From Folioceros fuciformis (Eukaryota), in NCBI GenBank assembly GCA_049999805.1, contig JBNGIO010002463.1, positions 1-51,770 on the forward strand: a stretch of 51,770 nucleotides of DNA, in the 5' to 3' direction. Positions 33,621-46,629 of the stretch are shown here, piece after piece. Positions within the stretch are counted from its first letter, which is position 1. The number at the start of each line of letters is the position of its first letter. The notes beneath the pieces are model-generated. The model was given only the letters and a program-made list of their open reading frames with translations, was not told the origin of the DNA and ran no database searches. The translations under genes were made by a program, and so were the position numbers.

Positions 33621-36445
33621 TCACACAAGTATATTTCGGAAGAAGCGCACCCCCTGACACCCAAGACAGTACAGGTCTTTCAGTCGCGTCGGCTGAGATA
33701 TCGACCAGACTCAGATACTGATCAAACACGGGACATGACCTGCAAGGCAAATACTACATCGCTTTCGTCGACTTGCAATGAAACTCGTCGAAGCCTATCT
33801 TCCCGAGACGCACCTAGCTTCACCAAAGCCTGAGGCATCCCAACACAGCACGGTCACATCCAATCGGTTCTTGGAGTTCTTGGCAGACTTTCGACTATCG
33901 ACTGCCTGGTTCAGATCAAACAGGCCTGGTGGAGATACCTGGTCAGCCAGCACCCGGCAAAGGCTTGAGAACTCCATGGCAGAGAGAGCAGAGATAGCAG
34001 TGGTTTTACAGAACTCTACATAAGATGCGTGCAACTGTTGACCAAAGAGAACAGAAATATTTCTTAGCCCTCTCGCTTCCCAAGAAAGCAACTGGTTGAA
34101 AGGCGCAATGCATTGAAACTCGTCACGAGACCAACCATAACGTCTACCTGCCCGAGAGTGCTGTCTTTCTTGGCCCTCCGAAATAGACGGACAGCCGCGC
34201 ACAGAACCATCTGAAATATAATACAGGGAAAGTCGTGAGCCCAAAAACAGTGTCAGTGAAAAGATCAGCGCCAGAGCCGACGTACAATATGACCTGTTGG
34301 TGCTGAGGTAAAGCCTGTATGGTTGTAACGGCCGGGGACCTAAACGTTCTTGCCAAAGCCTTCGCCATGTCACCGATCATAACCTGCAACACACAGCACC
34401 CAAAACTCAGATCCCTCGTGCCAACCTCGTCACGCAGATAGCATGAGGTTCTCTTTCCTGGCATTTCCTACGAAGGCATGAGCATACCCGCTTTAGGGCA
34501 AGCACAGACAAACACAAACCCACACGATGCTAAGAACTATATCCTGCTAAGGAGACGACCATTCTGATTCTTGCCCCCACAGACTGTATAACCAGGCACC
34601 TTGTAGCCAGTATGACCCGACGGTGCTCCACGCCCAGGGCTTCCGACTTGGTCATGAACTGCATCACTTGTTGAGCACCCAGGTTCCGTGCATGTCTGCC
34701 CCATCCTTTCCCGTTCTTCCTCCACAGACTCGATTGCAAGTCTGCATGAGTCTAGTTTGGTCAGTTATGCAATCATCAAAACGGAGAAGATAATAATCCA
34801 TCGCACATACACCCGAAATACGAAGGTGCAGACATAACAAAAACAGTGCAGCTGATGCAAGAAACTAGCACCTGCAAACATGGAGTGCTTGTCTCATATC
34901 CCCTGATGCAGCCGCAACTCTCTGCAAGTTTCTACGTTACTAAGTGATGCCTTGTCACATTGCCATTTCATACAAAGAACCAAGTCAACGTGAATTCAAC
35001 AAACCCTGGCACAACATACTCTGGCACAAAGCTCCAGGGACGCTGGGTCGAAGTACGTTACCGGGAGATCCTGCATCCAGCAATTACCCAAAACAACCTT
35101 CAGCTGGGCTGCAAGTACAAGAAGAAATATTCCATGCAAGAAATGTCTGGAAACGGAATCCCAGCGGATACAACCCCGAACAAGTTACAAATTATCACAA
35201 ACCGTCCTTTGAGAAAATCATTCGAACGAAGAACTCACCTCAAGCCTTTGTTTCAATACAGTCAATATCTGATCGCTGGTGTAAGCCGAGAAAGTGATCA
35301 CAACAGGATTGCCTACAAATACAAAACCCATTTAAAATCAGCACGAATAACATCTAAAAAATTCAAACCACCAGACATGACAGTCTATAACAGTGCCCAC
35401 ACTCACATTCAAGGGCACGAAGATCGGGGAGAAACCGTTCAGTCAAGTCAATAGCATTCGCAATACCTGTTAAGACGAGAAATGCTTTAGTGTGAGCCAC
35501 GAATTCCCTCTGAACAGAATGTAGTCAGTCCAACCCTAGAGCTGTGGATTTCTCTCATCAAAATTCATGGATATAGCCAGCTCACTAGCTTACCAATCAA
35601 AATGCAGCGAGAATTGACAAGAGTTGACAAACGGAAAAGATCATAAAGTACCGATTGATCTTTTGTGATAAGGTAGTCAATCTCATCCAGAATTAAAAGC
35701 CTGTCAGGACAGTTGAACGCATGTCAGTTGATGTCCGAAGTATCAATTGCTCTAATAAGTGATCCAATGGAAACTTCACTTACAGCATTCTTCTTTGGTG
35801 GTTGTGTGCAGGTGCTTGAAATGTAGACAATCTCCGTATCTCTTGCAGACAAGAAGCTGCACAGCGCTGTGATTTCGCATTCCTCATCTTTTTCAGAACC
35901 TGAGAACCACAAGATAAGAAACCAACCAAAACGCCAGGAGCTGAAAGCTGACAGGCAGTCTAAGGCAGACAATATCGAGATGCTTGACGTACCAGTTCAA
36001 AAATAAGCTCAGGCTTTGATATAGAGGTGCAGTTCAGAGACACAATTTCTGGGGCTCCAGTTGCAGCCTGAGGGGCAATTTTTTCAACCGACAAAAGTTA
36101 TTACTAGCATCAATGGCCAACCCTGAACAACCAGAGAGATTCAAAGGCCAGGACGAACAGCACACTTCACCATACCTCATCGGTCCACTGGCTGCATTCT
36201 GCCATTAGTTTGTCCACAGCAAGAGACTTCCCGGTTCCTGGGCAGCCACTCACATATAGACTCCCAGAAATTTGTTGCAGGATGCACTTCTTGCAGAACG
36301 TAGTGAGTTTTTCCTGCTCCAGCTCCCGACACAGAATTGTGCGTGGAACAGTTGACAGATGCAACGCTCTTTTGACGGCCTTGCTATTAGAGGTAGCACC
36401 ACATCCCATCCCTGCCGAGCTGCGAGATTCTTCCCATCCCTTCAT
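33621..36445 (-). CDS. CDC6: Cell division control protein 6 (multi-exon)
   Basis: Walker A GSLYVSGCPGTGKS, Walker B LILDEIDYL, IANAIDLTERFLP, RVAAASGDMRQALHVCR, TIQALPQHQQ, and C-terminal exon GVRFFRNILV* (TGA at 33621-33623). Confidence 0.92.
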
Positions 36446-37025
36446 GAAGGCGGGGAGTAATACATCAGGCTACGAAAGCCATATTAGCTTCTCAAGACTT
36501 ACAGAACTAAGAACTTCAAAATCCACAGTCCTAGCATGACTGTACAAGACAGAGAGGGAGCTGCAAGAACATCACCACACAGAAAACACAGATTAGATAA
36601 ACTGCGGCACATCAAACTGCAGGGTGTTCTGAAAAGCAATTTCATCTACAACTCACTGGGGGTGTGATGCATACAACAGTCTTTTTTCCCGAAGACTAGG
36701 GACTGTAAGGTGTGCGAGAAATTGAGGACTACACCAGAACCACATTGCACTAAGCCATTTATAAATATATTGTCACAGTGTGCACTTCCAAGAGCTTGGT
36801 AGGGCCCTCGATTGTAAGCACAACATACAGAGCAAGTGTCACAGACAATGATTCTGTCCAGTAAGGACCCCTGCAGGCATCTCTGACTAACTGTTACACT
36901 AGTATGCTTCACAGACATTCAGAATCCTCAGTGCATATCCAGAAACCCACAGAGCACTAAGCTTTTGTACAGGCCCGACCAAGATGCCTTCTTTGCAGAA
37001 GGCACTTGCAGGCTCACACTGTTAT

Positions 37026-38201
37026 TTAGGTGTTTATACCAAGAGGTTCGGCTGATTGGGGGACTTCTCCTTCATGGCTCTTCTTCACCCCAAACTGTGG
37101 CAGCTCATCAGCCTTAGGACCAGCTTTAACCTCGGAGCTTTTGTCATCTACATCCACTCCGTTAGCTTCGGCTTTAGGCAAGCGTTCAATCTTTTCACCG
37201 TTATTGGTTACATGTGAGTTGAAGTCAGTTCTAGGTTTTGCTGCCCCCACATCATCAGTGTCTACGTCTGTCGGGTTACCCGCTCTGCTCACATCCAGTT
37301 CAACATTTCCCCCAAAAGCAGGTTGTTCTACAGGTTCTTTATCAATCACCATATCTTTAGCCAATTCCCCAAACTCATTCGCCAGCTTAGCTGCCTCTTC
37401 CTTCAAATCAGCACTCTCCACGACCTTGCCCTCTTCCTGCTTCTCACTCGACTCCTTGTGGCCCGTCCCGTTCACTTCCTCATGAAGGTGCGGGGCCTGC
37501 GCTTCCTGCACGGTCGCACCGTCCTTCACACTGTCCGCTGCTGCGTCATCCTTGTCACCCTCCTCCTCGCAGGCCTCCTCAGTCTTATCATGCATGAGCA
37601 CATCATTTTCTTTGCCCTCGCCCGACTCGCGCTTGGCCCGCTTCCCCACCGGCTCGGCGTCAGTGCTGTCTCCCGACAGCCTCGTCTGCGTCTTAATCAA
37701 CCTTGCCGACCTCCTCGGCGTCTCCCCTGCAATGCCGCGTCCGTGAGCGAACAGGAGAGCAAGAAAAAGAAAAAGCAGTGGTCCAGTCGCTATCGACGCC
37801 GCCACCGTACCGGTAGTCCAGTCAAAGTCGGAGCTTGCCGGACCTCCGGGATGCGCCTTCAGGTACTTCTCCAGCTGCCTCTTGGACTTTATCTCCTCCC
37901 CGTCGGGGGCCACATACAGCACATCCTTCCTCTTGGGCGTTTTCTTCGCCGGAACCAGCTGGAATGCAGCACCGAGAACGCTCCAGGGGTTGAGCCGGCA
38001 AAGAACCCAACCAGGAGAGACGCGCAAGGAAAAAAAAAAAAAAAAAAGAGCTTGCAAGACAGCGCCTGCTCCCACTCTCCCTACCTTCTTCGTCCAGCCT
38101 TCCGGGGCCGAAAGCTCCTCCCCTCCCGCCAGCGGCTTCTCCCCGGTGGGTGTGGAGTGCAGCTCCACGGCGGGGGCCACCCCCGCACCGGGACTCGACA
38201 T
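37026..38201 (-). CDS. Methyl-CpG-binding domain protein (MBD10/11-like), 3 exons
   Basis: ELSAPEGWTKK|LVPAKKTPKRKDVLYVAPDGEEIKSKRQLEKYLKAHPGGPASSDFDWTTG|ETPRRSARL followed by an acidic tail. Introns at 38084-37959 and 37810-37727. Confidence 0.9.
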   Translation of the reverse strand: MSSPGAGVAPAVELHSTPTGEKPLAGGEELSAPEGWTKKVGRVGAGAVLQALFFFFFSLRVSPGWVLCRLNPWSVLGAAFQLVPAKKTPKRKDVLYVAPDGEEIKSKRQLEKYLKAHPGGPASSDFDWTTGTVAASIATGPLLFLFLALLFAHGRGIAGETPRRSARLIKTQTRLSGDSTDAEPVGKRAKRESGEGKENDVLMHDKTEEACEEEGDKDDAAADSVKDGATVQEAQAPHLHEEVNGTGHKESSEKQEEGKVVESADLKEEAAKLANEFGELAKDMVIDKEPVEQPAFGGNVELDVSRAGNPTDVDTDDVGAAKPRTDFNSHVTNNGEKIERLPKAEANGVDVDDKSSEVKAGPKADELPQFGVKKSHEGEVPQSAEPLGINT

Positions 38202-38946
38202 GCGGCCCAGTTTGTGCGCTCCGGCTGCGAACTAGCAGGAGACGGGAGCTGCAATCCTTCCACCAGGCCTGGGCGAGAGCAAAGAGTGTCCGGGAGCAGC
38301 GCAGGCAGGCCGACAAGACAGACACACCAGAATTGTCCTTCTTGGTGATACAATTCAAGAAAGAAAAGCGGAGGCAGAAGCGGGCCTGGTGCAGAGGCGG
38401 GAAAAAGCGCCCACAAAGAAACACCCCACCCTCAAACCAACCGGTTCCACCGACCGGTCGCTCACCCACGGAAAATTCCAATCCCTCAACACCCACCCCA
38501 CACACTTACTTTCCGCATTTTTCAAATCCTCGCCTGCTGTTCAGTATCTACGTTCACCGACTGCTACATGCGCATTCGCATTCGCACACGATACTTATTT
38601 GGGACATACATACATACATACACACACACCCACAGTAAAAAGCGCTGGGTTTGCATTACCACCAAAGTAACCCGTGCACGGCATATGCTTCCACCACTTC
38701 CTGCTCCAGATGAGAGAGAAAACAAGGCCACCCGATATTTTATCCAAATATGTCCAAAAAAAATCGAAATTCGACAAGAGTCCTCAGGGCAATCTCCCTC
38801 TATCTTGATCTGGTCCTCTTGTTCCCCCTTGTCACGGCACGGCACAGCACGAGGTAGCACATGTACATCGTTTTTAGAATAAGGCCCAAAACTCCAGAGG
38901 CTTAGGTTACAGGCGTCGTCCTTGAACGGGTGGCCGTTAAGCATTC

Positions 38947-39003
38947 CACACACACACACACACACACACACGATACGATAGCGATAGCGATAGCGATAGC
39001 GAT
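38947..39003 (+). repeat. Compound microsatellite (CA)n-(GATAGC)n
   Basis: Read directly from the sequence, in the divergent MBD/ceramidase intergenic region. Confidence 0.9.
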
Positions 39004-39545
39004 CCCTAGGCTTTCCTGGTGCGCTCGCGGACGAAGGAGTTGGGGCTGGCTCTAGCTAGCTAGTTAGCTAGCTACAATAGCTAGGCCTGAAGAACGGACT
39101 CCTCGGGCCTAGGGACTTGCCTGACTCTGATCAGGGTCAGCTGAGTCAAGGATGCGGCCAGAGCGTGTCACGGCGAGCTGCGTACCTCGGGGGGGTTTGG
39201 TGCGGAGAGAGGGAGCCTCATCCAGGCCGGAAGGGCGGTCGTAAGATCTAGCTAGGGAGGGAGAATACTTTGAGGTGTTAAGGGAGGAGGCCAAAATTAG
39301 GGTGCCTCCGCTACCGCTAAACTTGATCCCAAGAAAAAGGGGAGGGGTAAAATGGCGACTTGGGATGGGGTTAGAGTGTGGGTTTTGCAATGAACAGATT
39401 TGTGCATTAGGAGTGACACGACGACGGACCAAGGTGAAGTGTCCTCGGACCCGGACCGGGACCTGGACCAGGCAATGTTGCAGGGGCCCAAGGGAGGCTT
39501 CTTGTCTGCCTTTGAATGAGTGTTTCCAGGGGCTCAGCTGGGGGG

Positions 39546-40438
39546 ATGGCGGATTTTCAAGCACAGGACGGGTACTGGGGCCCGGTGACGTCCAGCACGG
39601 AGTGGTGTGAGCAGAATTATGCTGTGTCGCAGTACGTTGCGGAATTCTTCAACACGGTGTCGAATGCCCCTGTCATCTTGCTCTCCCTTATAGGTCTCAT
39701 CAACTCCATACGGCAAGGGTTCGAGAGAAGATTCAGCGTGTTGCACCTGGCCAACATGGTGCTGGGTGTGGGGAGTATGCTCTTCCACGGCACGCTGCAG
39801 CATGTGTAAGTCTTCCGACGACTGGTTGCTGCCGTCCTCACCGTTTTTGTGCCAGCTCCCAGCTCCTGCTGGATCTTTGCGTTGAGGTAATAGCTGATTA
39901 GGGTACGTCGTATTTGTGTGGTGGCAGTCAACAGCAGAGCGATGAGACTCCAATGGTGTGGGTGATGCTGCTATATATTTACGTCCTTTACTCTCCCGAT
40001 TGGCATTACACCAGCACCATGCCAACCTTCCTCTTCCTCTATGGCACAGTTTTTGCGATTCTCCACTCGCAGTTTCGCTTCGTCTTAGGGTTCCAGCTAC
40101 ATTATGTGTTTTTGGGTCTGCTCTGCCTCCCCCGGATGTATAAGTACTATATGCACACCACAGATCCTGCTGCAAGGCGCTTGGCACATCTATACATTGT
40201 CACCACAGTTTTGGGAGCTGCGTTTTGGCTTGTGGATCGGACCTTGTGCAGGTTTGTGCTGGCATTGCCGCTCAACCCACAAGGGCATGCGTGGTGGCAT
40301 GTGCTCACAGGCTTCAATTCCTACTTCGGGAACACTTTTTTGCAATTTTGCCGGGCTCAACAACTTAATTGGAATCCAGAGCTCCGGAACTGTTTGGGCC
40401 TCCCCTATGTCAAGGTTACCAAGCCTAAGGAAGAGTAA
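39546..40438 (+). CDS. Alkaline ceramidase (ACER3/CES1-like), 2 exons
   Basis: GYWGPVTSSTEWCEQNY...AEFFNTVSN, GSMLFHGTL, QQSDETPMVW, NPQGHAWWHVLTG. Intron at 39806-39927. Confidence 0.93.
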
Positions 40439-41405
40439 AGACAGAAAGCAGCTTCGACCGCCTTGTATAGTTTCTCTATTGGGATCCATTATTTGAGCTA
40501 CCATTGATGTTTCTTCGTGGGGTGAAAGCGAGCTACTTCCCAAGGACACCACCAAACGGCAGTGCCCTTGGCTTCGTTGCAAAGAAAGGAAAAAAATACC
40601 TCTCCACACCTTCGGGATGGATTGATGTCATGTAGACTGTCTGACGTGAGAGCTCCTCAATGAGTACTATTGTTTTGTGGAGAGCAGATGGTCGTCTCGG
40701 TTTTGAAAAGGGTTTTTTTCTTTTTTTCTTTTTTTGGTTAGAGCAGAGCATAGCAGAGGCTATTCTGTGAGTTGCGTGTTTCTCTCTTGACTAACCATGT
40801 CAGCTGCAGCAGTTCTGGTAGGTAGTGAGCTAGTCAAATTGGTTGCAGCCGTAAGGTGACAAGGTCAACATGTTGTGGCACCAACGACAGATATTGCTGG
40901 TTTGTATGTCAGAGAGTGTCCAGGATTTGACTGACCTTGGAGGCAATAAAAAAGAGACCAGATCTTTCGAAGGGTAGTGTAAAAGGGTTGCTTGACGGTC
41001 TTCAGAGTGTCACGGAACCATACCCCGAAGCTGCTGCCCCTTCTGCTTAAGTGTAAAACATCCCGGACTGCTCTCGATGTGAAATCGGCAATGCCTGCCT
41101 CCATGAGAGACGGTCGCACCTAATAGCTTAAACATGTTGTATGGTAGTCTCCATCAAGCTCGCTTCTTCAGGTGGGAGCCACCACTGAAATGCACCCATC
41201 CATGACTCTCGTTTGCTGTGGCTGCTTTTTCATACAACCCTGTCTGGACCACAATGACAGGCGGAAGGCAGAGGTGTGCACCATTCCTTGAATTGCCGGA
41301 CACTGTAATCCAGCTTAACAAACCCCTGCTGGCTGAATATGCAGTATGGATGAGATGAGCAAAGAATCTCACTAACACGCTGAGAAGGAGAATCCGTCGG
41401 TGACC

Positions 41406-42626
41406 ATGTCTGCAGCCTCAGGGTGGGTTTGCGCGCCGCCCACCTGGGAGCCACGGCTAATCCGGGCTTCCTCATCCCGGGGCCACTGCTCTGGCCCTCA
41501 CCTTGTTTGCTGTAGGTTGAAGGTTAGATGTGAGGGAGATGGAACCCCATCCTCGCAGGAGCAGACTGCGGTGCGGAAAAAGGTGTTGCGCCGCACCTCA
41601 GCTCCCGCTCCTCCAGCCTCTGCGGCAGCTGGAGACTCAGCACCATCTCCGCTGAAAACGATTGGCGTGGAGGAGGAGGGCGTGTCCTGGGAAGGTGTTG
41701 CCAAGGTGGACAGAGCGCGAGCCGAAGACGGAACCAACTGGGGGTATTGATGTTTGTGTCATGGCCAATTTGGCTGCTGGGGGCGGACTCTTCGTGACGG
41801 GGAAATTGTGTGGGAACGGTGGCATGTGCAGTCGCGTTGCAGCGCTGGCAGCGGGTGACATTACCGCCCTGTTGCTCTTCTCAGGAGTAGGACGGGTCAG
41901 CCACGGTCTGCCCCTCGATTGGGAAATTGTACGAACAGCGGATCCCTTCATTGCAGGTGCATTCTGTCACAAGGTTGCCTTCAGAGAGAGATGCTGTCAT
42001 GTGCAGTCGCATGAGCTGAGTCCTAACCCGGCGCCCTGTCCATCTGCAAATCCTATTCGCAGGCTGGCTTTTAGGATCATACTTCGTGGGTGGCTATGGT
42101 CCAGAAGGCCAGGGTGAACAGGGCCTTCCGTCTGCAAGCCTCTCTGCTGTTAAATCTTGGGCTGTGGGGGTCCCTGTAAGTGTGACCGCAATCGTTTCAC
42201 CGCGTTGAGGCTGTGCATGGAATCAAGTAGATAGCAGGCAGTTTTGTAAACCCTAACGAACTGTCATTCCAGCTGGGATTGGCTATCAGGACTTACACCA
42301 CGGGTCATCCTCCTGCCCAACCTTTCATTCTAGTTTCCCTGGCCAGCATTTTTGTGCTCCTCACTGGCTGGCGGGCTGCGTTCACGGCGTTGTTTCCAAA
42401 TGACGTAGCGACTGGAGTTCTAGAGCAAGGGGATAAGAAGGGGAGCGTGCTCGAGCTTTTCCAGGTTTGCTTTCAGCGTTATGTTCGAAATTCGTCAGCT
42501 GCGATGTCGACTCTTTTTCATCACCCTTCCTCGTGACATAACAACAGTTTGGCAGGCTAACTGACTGACAGTTTGGCTACGCGCTGTCTGATACAGCTCT
42601 TGGGGTCACTTGTTCGCCGATGGTAA
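41406..42626 (+). CDS. DUF3054-family plastid membrane protein (5 exons)
   Basis: Transit-like N-terminus, then AGDITALLLFSGVGRVSHG...TADPFIAG|WLLGSYFVGGY...KSWAVGVP|LGLAIR...VLLTGWR...GSVLELFQ|LLGSLVRRW*. Confidence 0.85.
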
Positions 42627-44784
42627 GCGGGACGTAAGCATGTTGGGGCGAGCAAGTGACATTTCTGCGAGTAACGCGAGATTATCATAGTTGCCTATAA
42701 GGTCGATTCTAGATACGATGAAGCTATCGGAGCGCATGAGAGGAAGTAGTTGAGAACCCGTGTAGCGTACTAAACTATGATACGAATGCACAAACGTCAA
42801 CGAAGGCCCCAAAATCTCCAGTGTACACCAACACGGAAAAATCCTCGGAATCCTCGGAAAAATCCAGTGTATACCAACACGGAAAAAATGGCGTAACGAG
42901 GACGTTTCACATTGTGGCCAAGATCGGTAGTGCATGACCGGGACAGTTTACAAATATGGCCAACTCGAAGAGTTAAAGCGTCGTAATCAGAGAAATGAAA
43001 ATAACACCGTACGAAGTTCACACAACCTGCTGTCTATAACGCCTTATCACTCAGCAACCTTGCTCCCAAAAGCTCAGTCCAAACCTGCCAATACCATATG
43101 CTCCCTCCACAATTAGTGTTTCGTGGTCCTGTCTGGAAGGTCCAATACAAGACGACACTCCTATTATTTACATGAACCAGTGGCTCGCCGCTGACCCCAG
43201 CATCCTGCAGGAAGAAAAATTCAAAACACGATCACCAGCCCTATCAAGTCTTGCCAGATGACAGCTCCTGATAACAGCCACCATAAGTACCGCACACCGT
43301 CGTAGCTTTAAAAGTATGACAGCTCCAACGCTCTAGACAGAAATTCACATCCTCAATCTGCTGTCAAGATTCTTGTCAACAACCTGACAGAATCTCCGCA
43401 GGTACATATTCCTCCTGTGTTTGCATGAGAACTCCTTCTATGGGTTTTTCTTGCACCTGTTCAAACTCCACCTGAAGCACGCTCTTCAACACATTAGTCC
43501 TACAGTGCCACAACATTACATCCTTGCTACGAGTGGCACTGCACAACACAGAAATTCAAGAACCACACCTCGAGAGACGACTGTACTTTCGTGTGGACTC
43601 CTATCTGGGGCAGACTTTTCTCCTGCAAGCAGTCATGATTGCACACAATCTCACAACAGAGAGGGCAACCATTAGCTGCTCAGAAGTTAGGACCCATGAG
43701 AACCAACCCAACCATGAATGATTGGGGAATGGTGAGAGTCCTCAAATCTACAGAAAAACCTTCAGCCTTGTATTCACTCTCAGTGTAAAGAGAGCAGTAT
43801 CCCGCCATCCTCATTCAGGAACCCCGAAAGGTAGATGCAGGAACCACAAACTCTGTGGTGCACTTGCAGCAACTGTTCCTCGAGGGAACAGATCTTGAGG
43901 CATCACACAGCCGATATAACTAGAAGGCCAGCCCAGAGGAGCTTGTAACTCGTGCTCCTGCAGCCAACAAGCATAGTCCTCCCTGAGCTGTAGTGGCTCA
44001 GGCCACCCCTCCAATCAGCTGATGCAAAAGACTTTGGCAGACCACCCACAGGTCCTTGAACAGGTTCTCAATAGTAGTACCCCAATCCCAATCCATGTGA
44101 ATCTTGATGGAACAGTTAGAGCGTTGCTGCTCACGACAGGTGATAAAAAAACTACCCATCACGAGTTAGACACTCCACTTCCATGGGGAGACAGAACTAT
44201 ATACAATCTACAGACCTAAGTGATAAGCTCCCGCTGTCTGAGAAAGGTCACACCTAAGACCTAATTCAAAGCCTAAAGAATCCAATACCCATCGATACAT
44301 ACTACAAAATGTGACTTCATACTGCGCAGGTCTAAAGGGGACAGAGACAAGCTGTCAACAACTGGGATAGCACAACATCCCTTGGGCCAGTACCTACAAG
44401 ACTTCAGGAGAAGTTCAAGTGAGGATTCGCTTGTTCATATACTAAGTTCAGTATTTTCTCTTTTTTGTCCTTTTCTTTCTTTCACCTTTTTTTAATTTTT
44501 GTGTGATTTTTCCGCTGAACCCACAATTCCCTGCCATGTCACGTACCCCTGGAAGCAACATATATTTCTTGGTTTGTTGACATGCCATATTCTTCAGCAA
44601 CATACTCTTACCCGTTGCGCAGGCATGTTCGAAATGCCTGGATTCAGTCGGAGGGGCAGGACTGCCATTGAAACCGTATCCTAAACAGTTGGCTTCACGG
44701 TTTGGTTGACATAATCTCCAGGTCTTGCTACTTGATGTCGTCAATGACAACAAGCGAGGACCGATGAAGATGGCCTCTTACATA

Positions 44785-46629
44785 TCATGCACAAATATAG
44801 TTAGGTATTTGAATCCCTGTGTCCATACTGGATCGCACAACACTACCATTCTTCTTGGCTGGCTTAGCCTCTAGGTCTTCCGTTGCTCTTTTAAAACCCC
44901 GTTCGCCTTTCAGAGCTTCCCCCTCCCTCCCACCTCCATCCGCCTTGGAGCTGCCATATTTCTCAAGTTCAGGGGAACCTTCCCCATTGTTCACCCTAGC
45001 ACCTACTTCACCTTCAAGGGTACCGTCCTCCCCAAAATCTTCACCCTGCCTCCCACATTTGACATTACGTTCGGTACCAACACCTTCACCTGACCTTTTT
45101 TTTGAGCCACCCTTGGACCTGTCAGGAGGCGTTGATCCAGTTTGCCCTGGCAACCTTCTTGGAGGGCGAGCTGGACGTACTCCTCCCGGAAAGACATAGT
45201 CTGGAAGTTGCCTCCGCTGCACATGAGAGACAGAGATATCCATGCCATGCCTTCTCATGGCATACAAGTTGACTGCGTACTTAAACTCGTCCACCGTTGT
45301 GGAAATGTCGAAGCGCTGACCCTCCAGTGGTACACTTTGTTTCCGCCGGAGACCCATGAAGAACGATGAATGTCTCCCTCGCTTCGATTCATCCACAAAC
45401 GTACATGGATGAGGATGACACTGAAGCTCCCCGTACGTGTACCGCTCAATTTTCAGGGTAAGCTGCCTCAGCCGAGACTCAACCCACCCTTTCCAAGGCC
45501 GAAGGTCATCTGCGTGCTCCGCCAGTATGTCAATCTGCAGGTAGTTCCTGTAAGCATCAAAGAAAGGGTAAGGCTCAAACAGCGTCCTCCAGTCCGCTTT
45601 GGTCACCTCCAGGCCCTCACAAACATCATTGCCACGCTGGAATTCTTCAGTCATCACACGCAAAGTACTCGTTGAAACAGAATAACTGGAATTCATGCAA
45701 GGATAGGCAGGAGTAATTATGGGCATCAGGTGAGTTCTGTCCATGGCATTCTTGCGGGGATCCCATACAGGGAGACCTAGAGTGCCCTCCTCAATAGAAC
45801 AAAGCATAACAGGATTGGGCCATCTCCACTGAGTGAAGACACGGAAAAACCGAGAAACTAGCATGCTAGGGACAGCACAGGGATATAGCTGGCAGATACG
45901 AGCCACAAGCAGGGCCCAGTTAACTCCTCCCAAAAACCCCATCACATTGGAGTAGACACCACGGCGCCTCGCCCACAACTTCATGCAGCGGAGGGTTGTT
46001 CGGAAGTTAGGGATATTCGGAACCAATCTCAAAATTTGATCTGTCACCCTACATCCATTGAGACTCCTCACGCTCTGCTCGTCCACATTTCTCAAAATAG
46101 ATTCTTGAGATATGTCAAGATCCTCGGAGACGACCCAGTGATTCAGCCTGGCATACAGAAGATCGATAGAAATGTTGTTGAACTTGAACTTCATGACAGG
46201 TACGTGAGCGTCTGGAACTGGATGGAGCTCGGTCACTTCATGCATTTCAGCTAGCATATCATGCAAGTGGCCAAAAAAATCCTCTTCACGGGTGGCAAAG
46301 CGAGGGCCGACACAGAGGGTATCGATATCATCCCGGGGTCCATGTACTCCAAGCCGGTACGAACCGAAGGTGAAAATCCTTGCATTGGCAGACTGCACCA
46401 TCTCCTCATTGTAGCCCTTGTCCCTGCTTATATTCTTCACCCAAAGCTTAACGGCCTGATCCAGATGGCCCAGCACCTCCTCCCTCCGAACCGCCTCCTC
46501 CTGACTCTCGTACAGTCCAGCGGACGCCAAGTAGTTTTCCAGCTCCCTAGTTCTGGTGAGATCCTGCTCCGTGGGACCGGCAGTAGAGATGGGCTCGGTA
46601 ACCCCTAGATACGGCACGGCATTCTGCAT
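44785..46629 (-). CDS. Canonical nuclear poly(A) polymerase (PAPS family), uninterrupted CDS
   Basis: GVTEPIS, IFTFGSYRLGVHGP..DIDTLCVGP, SIDLLYA, RSLNGCRVTD, GFLGGVNWALLVARICQLYP, MPIITPAYP, GWVESRLR. ATG at 46629 follows a probable 5'UTR intron (about 46727-46653). Confidence 0.93.
   Translation of the reverse strand: MQNAVPYLGVTEPISTAGPTEQDLTRTRELENYLASAGLYESQEEAVRREEVLGHLDQAVKLWVKNISRDKGYNEEMVQSANARIFTFGSYRLGVHGPRDDIDTLCVGPRFATREEDFFGHLHDMLAEMHEVTELHPVPDAHVPVMKFKFNNISIDLLYARLNHWVVSEDLDISQESILRNVDEQSVRSLNGCRVTDQILRLVPNIPNFRTTLRCMKLWARRRGVYSNVMGFLGGVNWALLVARICQLYPCAVPSMLVSRFFRVFTQWRWPNPVMLCSIEEGTLGLPVWDPRKNAMDRTHLMPIITPAYPCMNSSYSVSTSTLRVMTEEFQRGNDVCEGLEVTKADWRTLFEPYPFFDAYRNYLQIDILAEHADDLRPWKGWVESRLRQLTLKIERYTYGELQCHPHPCTFVDESKRGRHSSFFMGLRRKQSVPLEGQRFDISTTVDEFKYAVNLYAMRRHGMDISVSHVQRRQLPDYVFPGGVRPARPPRRLPGQTGSTPPDRSKGGSKKRSGEGVGTERNVKCGRQGEDFGEDGTLEGEVGARVNNGEGSPELEKYGSSKADGGGREGEALKGERGFKRATEDLEAKPAKKNGSVVRSSMDTGIQIPNYICA

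Noticed and set aside
37323-38348. 341-aa ORF antisense to the MBD gene
   Set aside because: Shadow of a GC-rich CDS.
42819-42888. Direct repeat CAGTGTA(C/T)ACCAACACGGAAAAA x2
   Set aside because: Short local duplication in a 3' intergenic region with no evidence of function.
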